Below are positions 58,099-64,000 of a stretch of DNA of 64,000 nucleotides, in pieces. Each line of letters starts with the position of its first letter. The stretch's first letter is position 1. Under the pieces are notes generated by a model. The model saw only the letters and a program-made list of their open reading frames with translations. It was not told the origin of the DNA and did no database searches. The translations under genes were made by a program, and so were the position numbers. Source of the DNA: Toensbergia leucococca (Eukaryota); contig JALDZS010000015.1 in NCBI GenBank assembly GCA_022813965.1, positions 1 to 64,000 of the forward strand, read 5' to 3'.

Positions 58099-59724
58099 AT
58101 GGTAGTCGATTCAACATATTACGATGCCTTGGGGGTACGGACAAACGCCTCAGAATTAGACATTAAGAAAGCTTACCGAAAACTTGCCATAACCACACAT
58201 CCAGACAAGAATCCCGGCGATGAGACCGCCCATGCACGCTTTCAGGCTATTGGAGAGGCATATCAAGTACTTAGCAACAACGATCTACGGAAACAATATG
58301 ATAAGTTTGGCAAAGAACAAGCTATGCCTAGCGCTGGCTTTGAGGATCCGGCCGAGTTCTTTGGCGTCATATTTGGGGGGGATGCCTTTGTGGACCTGAT
58401 AGGGGAAATATCACTAATGAAAGATTTGACTAAAACTATGGACATCACTATGAAGCAGATGGAGGAGGAGGAGCTTGCTGAATCTGCTGATGCAAAAATA
58501 AAGGCGAAAGATGGGGACACAACCGTCAAGGACGGAGAAAACAAACCTGCTGATCCTTCCGCTGCTACGGCGCCTGATGCTCCTCCTCCGTCATATACTC
58601 CATCAGGCTCTGCAGCATGGCACGATACTAAAAATTCTGATCTCAAGCCACCCAGGAATGAGAGCCCATCGTCCGCTTCTGGTATATCTACCCCTGGTGA
58701 ATCTACCCCTGGTGCATCCACCCCGCGCAGGAATCTCGGCCAGCAAGCAATAATGGATAAGTCGGAAGAGGATTCAAGGATGGATGCAGCCGGACTCACA
58801 CAGGAAGAGAAGGACCTTCGTAAAAAGGAAAAGAAGAAGGGCCTATCGAAAGAACAACGCGAGGAACTAGCAGCCTACGAGGCAGAAAGAAAGAGGATCA
58901 GGGACGAGAGGGTGGAAACATTGGCCAAGAAGCTACTCGACCGGATAAGTATATGGACTGAGACGGACAAAGGTAACGATGTTACGAAAGCATTTCAAGA
59001 AAAGACTAGGCTGGAAGTGGAGAACCTGAAGATAGAGTCGTTTGGGTTGGAGATTCTCCACGCCATAGGAACTACATATTTACAGAAATCTACCTCGTTC
59101 CTCAAATCACAGAAATTTCTCGGCATCTCTGGGTTTTTCTCGCGGCTAAAGGATAAGGGAACCTTAGCAAAGGAGACCTGGAATACTATATCCACAGCCA
59201 TAGACGCGCAGGTTACTATGGAGGAAATGGCTAAGATGGAGGAGAAGGGTGGCGACGATTGGACAGACGAGAAGAAGGCAGAATATGAGAAAAGAGTCAC
59301 TGGCAAGATACTTGCAGCGGCCTGGAAGGGTAGTAAATTCGAGATACAAGGAGTACTTCGCGACGTGTGTGACAAGATTCTAAACGACAGGAGTGTAAAG
59401 GTGGAAAAGAGGATTGAACGTGCCCATGCGCTAGTTATCTCGGGGACAATTTATCAAAATGTGAGTACTTTAGTTTAAAAATTTCTGTTCATGTATTTCG
59501 GACAAAACACTGAGACTTCTTAGGCCCAACGAGATCCTGACGAAGAAGGCGATTATATGGCATTCGAACAGCTCATGGCCGAAGCAGCCGTCAAGAAAGA
59601 TAAGGACAAAGACGACAAGAAGGAGGCCAAGAAAGCAAAGAAAGAAGAGTCATCAACACAACATCACCACTTCCATACACACCCAAAGGCACCTGAACCT
59701 TCTGCGAAACCTTCTGCGGCGTAA
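58099..59724 (+). CDS. DJP1: DnaJ co-chaperone with J domain and DnaJ-X domain (Djp1/Caj1 family), 2 exons; intron 59461-59523
   Basis: YYDALGV...[48 protein letters not shown] and [18 protein letters not shown]. Confidence 0.88.
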
Positions 59725-59904
59725 CAGCATCAGCGAAAGCATATGTATCACGACCATTTTTTCATCACAGATCCTGTTCCCATACCACTAGATAGCGTGC
59801 CTCGTAATACCTCACCAAATGTTCCCACCACAATCCAAACGTCTCGCAATGATCTAAAGCATAGCCTCCAAAACCCCCTCAATGTTAAAACCTCGATCAC
59901 AAAA

Positions 59905-60552
59905 TTACGTAAACTCTTGTTGTTTCTCCCCTTCCCCTTCGAGTCCCCCTCCATCCCCAACCGCACCCTCAACAACCCGCCTCAGTTCCTCCATCCTCCT
60001 CCCATAAACCCCCACCAACTCCTCCACTCCCCCTTCTCCGTCTAGCCCCTCCGCATCAACCCCTACCCCCTCAACTCTCAGCATAAGCCCCTGCTCCCCT
60101 CCATCCCACATGGGGGCCTTCCCCACCTCAGCCCCCACAACCGCCCACTCCGGACTCAAACTCTGCGCCGAGACAACCTTCGTACCATTAGCGTCCATGT
60201 CGGCGAGGACGTAACGTTCTGGCCGAGACGCGGTCGGGTGAGGAGAGGATTGGGAGCCGGAGGCGGATGGAGGGGAAAGATTGTGGAGGAGGGTGGAGAT
60301 GAGGAGGTTGGGGTCGTCGTCGGAGAAGAGATAGTGGGTTGTTGGGTGGTGGTGGTCTTCCGTTGTCGTTGGGGAGGTTATGAGGGTGAAGAAGGGGTTG
60401 AAGGGCGGCGGGGCTGAGTCGGCGGCGGCGGTTGGGGGGGTGGGGGGTTGGAGGGGGGTTTCTCGAGGTTTGGGAGCTCTTGGGGTTGAGGGTCGAGAGG
60501 AGGTTGTGGGGAGGCTGGGGACGGAGGAGTGGAAGGGGCGGGAAGATGGCAT
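59905..60552 (-). CDS. Conserved small fungal protein, candidate remote Atg31 homologue
   Basis: 215-aa intronless ORF with blocks FNPFFTLI..HHPTTHYLFSDDD, RYVLADMD..VVSAQSLSPEWAV, LMLRVEG and ELVGVYGRRMEELRRVV. Confidence given is for the coding call; the Atg31 assignment is inference. Confidence 0.8.
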   Translation of the reverse strand: MPSSRPFHSSVPSLPTTSSRPSTPRAPKPRETPLQPPTPPTAAADSAPPPFNPFFTLITSPTTTEDHHHPTTHYLFSDDDPNLLISTLLHNLSPPSASGSQSSPHPTASRPERYVLADMDANGTKVVSAQSLSPEWAVVGAEVGKAPMWDGGEQGLMLRVEGVGVDAEGLDGEGGVEELVGVYGRRMEELRRVVEGAVGDGGGLEGEGEKQQEFT

Positions 60553-60976
60553 TTTTTTTGGTAGGTTGGAGAGGGTGAGCTACATTGTTGGAGGGTTATG
60601 GATTCTGAAAATGTGTTATCGTTATCAGCACGTGATGTATGTGAGAATTTCCTTCATTTGGATGTCTTCAAGTCTCAACACTCTCATAGTCTAGAAATCT
60701 CTCGGATCAAATACTAATATCGTGACATTATGTAGAGGACATCTGCATTCTCTAGCTAAAAAAGGCCAATGTCTGCGAATAGCGTCCCAAGTTTCCCTGG
60801 ATGACTGGGAAGATTCTTCCCATACAGTGGAGCAAGACGCAATCTCCCGTTAACAATACCTTTGTGCCATCCCTCAAAATGAAAAACATGGGGTATCTTA
60901 AGGAGAGAACGCCAAGGTGGTCCATTGCACATAACAGCCCATGAAAAGGAGAGGAAGTTCTCGACGAAAGCGGTGT

Positions 60977-61401
60977 TCATTCTCCGCTCTGTTTCCATTC
61001 AAATTCTGAGATACCAACGTCAATGCCGATCATCCTGGCTGAGGAAAAAGTCTTACTCTGCCGGCACATGGGACATAGCCCTTTAGAAGAATCTTGTTGA
61101 ATCCATGTCAAGAGACAATGCTATGAGATATCAGCCCTGAAACTTGAAGTCTTTACTAGAGAATCTCGTACCATATGAAATGAATGTCCGCATTTACCAA
61201 TGACTGTAAAAAGGTGTCAGTATCAATAGCAATATTGTCATGTGGTTGAAGACACTGACGCAAGGTACAGTCGTCGCCAGGGTATTTGCATGTAGGGCAT
61301 GTTCCGTCAAATTGGACTCGACAAATACCACAAACATCGTCTTCGGGCATGTCCCATCGCCATGAAGCCACAGCATTCCATTCCTTGATAGTGACCTTCA
61401 T
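60977..61401 (-). CDS. APC11: Anaphase-promoting complex subunit 11 (RING-H2), 4 exons; introns 61204-61259, 61121-61171 and 61006-61056
   Basis: Spliced MKVTIKEWNAVASWRWDMPEDDVCGICRVQFDGTCPTCKYPGDDCTLLIGKCGHSFHMHCLLTWIQQDSSKGLCPMCRQKFEWKQSGE*. Confidence 0.96.
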
Positions 61402-61660
61402 AGTGCAGTGTTGTCATGCTCTTCTTTGGAACTCATGAAATCGTCAACATACGGTGGTCAAATCGGCACGACGGCCGCAGTTTCTCCGCTTTGTTGATCC
61501 CGCTTTGCCCGCTCTCCCGCTAAAGATAACGATAGTGAGCTTGCCTCTCAATGGCAAACAATCCCGTAAATATTTCAGTGTAATTGACTAAGCTGATTCT
61601 ATTCAACTATGGACTTATAGTGAGACAGACATTGAAAATAATGAAGAAACGGGAAAGATC

Positions 61661-62734
61661 ATGGCATTAGCGGTGCTTCGAAGCTCATTCAAACCCTCGA
61701 CCAGTCCACTGATTAGTACCGGACCAACAATGACTTCAAGCCGTGCCTTTTCATTGCATTCATACATTGTCACTCCAAAAGAGCTTGCTCAAGCTTTGAA
61801 AAAGAATATCCCAACCAAGATCTCCACCTCACCTCGTGTTGTACCTCTCTGTGCAGCGTGGTTCTTACCCAATGATCCCCAAGGCCGGACAGGCCACCAA
61901 GTCTTCACAAACAAGCGAATACCTTCTGCACGATTCTTCGATATTGATGCTATAAAAGATCATGACTCGAAATATCCACACATGCTGCCTACGAAGGAGA
62001 GTTTCGCCGAAGCAATGCAGCAGATTGGGATAAGAAAGGATGACGAGATCGTGGTTTATGATACTGAAGAGCTTGGTATCTTCAGTGCTCCCCGTGTTGG
62101 GTGGACCTTCAAGGTCTTCGGACATCCTGGTGTTCACATTCTGAACAATTTTCGGCTGTGGGTGGAGGAAGGTTATCCCACCGAAAGCGGAGAGATTGCC
62201 GCGGCCGAGGAAGGGCTGAGTCATTATCCTGTACCCAATGTGGATCCAGGAAAGGTGGTCCGTTTTGGGGAAATGAAAGATATCGCAAAAGATTATGGCA
62301 AGGAAGGGGCAGAGGGTATTCAGATACTTGACGCACGAAGTGAAGGGCGTTGGGCAGGTAGCGAACCAGAACCAAGGCCGGGACTGCCAAGTGGGCATGT
62401 GCCTGGTAGTTTCAGCTTACCGTTGACTGAGCTCTTGGATCCGAAGACTGGTGCTCTTTTGCCAGGGGACGACCTGAGGCGAATCTTTGAAGCCAAGGGT
62501 ATTGATCCTGATAAGCCGATTATCAGTAGCTGCGGGACAGGTGTAACTGCGGCTGTCATAGACGCTGCGCTGAATGAAGCGGACTACGGCCAAGTAAATA
62601 ACAGAAGACTTTATGACGGAAGTTGGACGTGAGTAGGAGTCCTTCATCGTTATCAGCTATATACTAATAGGGCTGCTAGTGAATGGGCACAACGAGTCAC
62701 TGAGGCTGAAGGATTGATACGGAGGACAAAGTAA
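61661..62734 (+). CDS. TUM1: 3-mercaptopyruvate/thiosulfate sulfurtransferase (tandem rhodanese), 2 exons; intron 62629-62679
   Basis: RIPSARFFDID, YPHMLP, FSAPRVGWTF, LDARSEGRW, GHVPGS, active site SCGTGVTA and LYDGSWTEW across the intron. Confidence 0.93.
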
Positions 62735-63429
62735 GGAGGAAATGGCAGCTTCGACCTATGTCTGAGCCTTTCAAACCAGGTGTTGCTTCATCTATCGATG
62801 GCTTGAACCTTTGAGGAAAGACTTCCTTCATCTAGCTTGATACCCACTCTTAGCTTGTCTTTAAATGTACTCGTATCTTAGAGAAATCATTGTACACTGG
62901 CATGCTCAGATGTCACTGTGGTACTCGTGATATTTTGCATATCTTGCCATGTGAAAGCTTCTCTTGAGGTACCTTTCCTACCTTACCTTAGCCAGTCCGA
63001 GTCATTAAATCATTCCGGAAAGGGCTTAGTTATACGGAGTAGGTTTCGCGAACCGCCCCGCAATCTAAAATCACACTCATCATTCAAACACTTTTCCACT
63101 TTGGTCGTGTGAATTCTTAGACACTTCACTCTTTTGACTTCCTGAGTCTCGGCCTGGGTCGCTCCATATCTTTATTCCACACTCCCATGCTTTCAGTCAG
63201 GCATAAAATAGGTCTGCTGGAAATTCAACAGGCCAGACAGATACAAAATGTACAACAGCGTTCAGCCTCAAGGAAGACTTGATACAGGTGCACCATTTCG
63301 ATATCACTTGGATGACTAGATAGGTCATGTCACTGACTACGTTTAGGCCCTTTGAACGGGCCTGCCCAAATTGCGCGACAGCGTCCATGAGACCACGAAC
63401 ACATTGCAAGCATAGCTTCTGCTACTGAA

Positions 63430-64000
63430 ATGGAGACCTTAACTTGCGTCGTGGACGCTACAACCCTGATCGACAATATCTATGAAATCAAGGACTGGGT
63501 CCGAAATGGTTACATACACCTTATTGTCCCTCTGTGTAGTAGGTCGGGTGAATACCCATATACCTTGTTGTATTATTGACCAAGATGCTAGCAATGGAGA
63601 GAGTTGAAGAACTCAGTCTACAGTCTAAAGAAAAGATGGCTCGAGAGCAAGAAGCACGAAAGCAAGAAAGCCAACAGAAGTCATTTAGGAGGCGTACACA
63701 AAAAGAGTATCCGCCATACGACAGAAACCCTCAGGTGGCTGGCGAATTCCTTGCAAGGGCCCATGACGAAGACGGAAAATATGACGTGAGATTCCAACAC
63801 CCCGCGCAAGAATATTCGTCGTGGGAGGAGGTGCAAAAGCCAGCGGAGAACGGTGGGACCGAAGAACGCCCCACAACTTTTGCTCAGGCTCTTCGTTCCA
63901 AGCTGAATAACGGCAAAGGATTCGAGTTATCTTCTAATATGGCTAATGGCATAAAAGGTCACTTCACACTCGACTAAGACCTATTGAGCGAATGCTAACA
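63430..64000 (+). CDS. PIN-domain protein, 5' part (continues beyond window); intron 63539-63591, second intron starting ~63958
   Basis: METLTCVVDATTLIDNIYEIKDWVRNGYIHLIVPLCTMERVEEL matches the PIN pattern hhhD(T/A)xxhh...hhVPxxxxxEh. A branch-site GCTAAC lies at the window end. Confidence 0.6.

Noticed and set aside
1..64000. tRNA, rRNA or snoRNA genes
   Set aside because: None could be recognised by eye; a tRNAscan-SE/Infernal search would be needed to exclude them.

Overview
Gene-dense, intron-containing DNA from a filamentous ascomycete (Pezizomycotina). This is judged from short GT-AG introns with CTRAY branch sites and from the gene set; the species cannot be fixed from sequence alone. 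Two blocks of housekeeping genes are present. The left block (0-14.5 kb) holds UTP4, PNG1, SAC1, a Rab5/Ypt52, FPGS/MET7 and PIG-U/GAB1. The right block (36-64 kb) holds a conserved uncharacterised protein, DNA polymerase kappa, kinesin-5 BimC, PHAF1/UPF0183, mitochondrial IleRS, ERG9, DJP1-like DnaJ, APC11, TUM1 and a PIN-domain gene running off the end. Between them lies a mostly accessory stretch (~14.9-35.9 kb): orphan genes, a con-10-like KGG protein, a retropepsin relic, an intact 10-exon NACHT NLR with 15 highly similar repeats plus ankyrin and SPRY domains, a dynamin/SLIP-GC-like pseudogene, an Rrn9-domain gene, a secreted TolA-like Ala/Lys helical protein and a TPR relic. A truncated copia element (LTR + PBS + intact gag) lies at 53.7-54.9 kb. 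The most notable leads are a probable remote Atg31 homologue just downstream of APC11, the NLR with variable-residue repeats and an integrated SPRY domain, and recurring C/A-rich to G/T-rich strand-skew flip points. Exon boundaries were read by eye and family calls come from remembered motifs; no searches were run.
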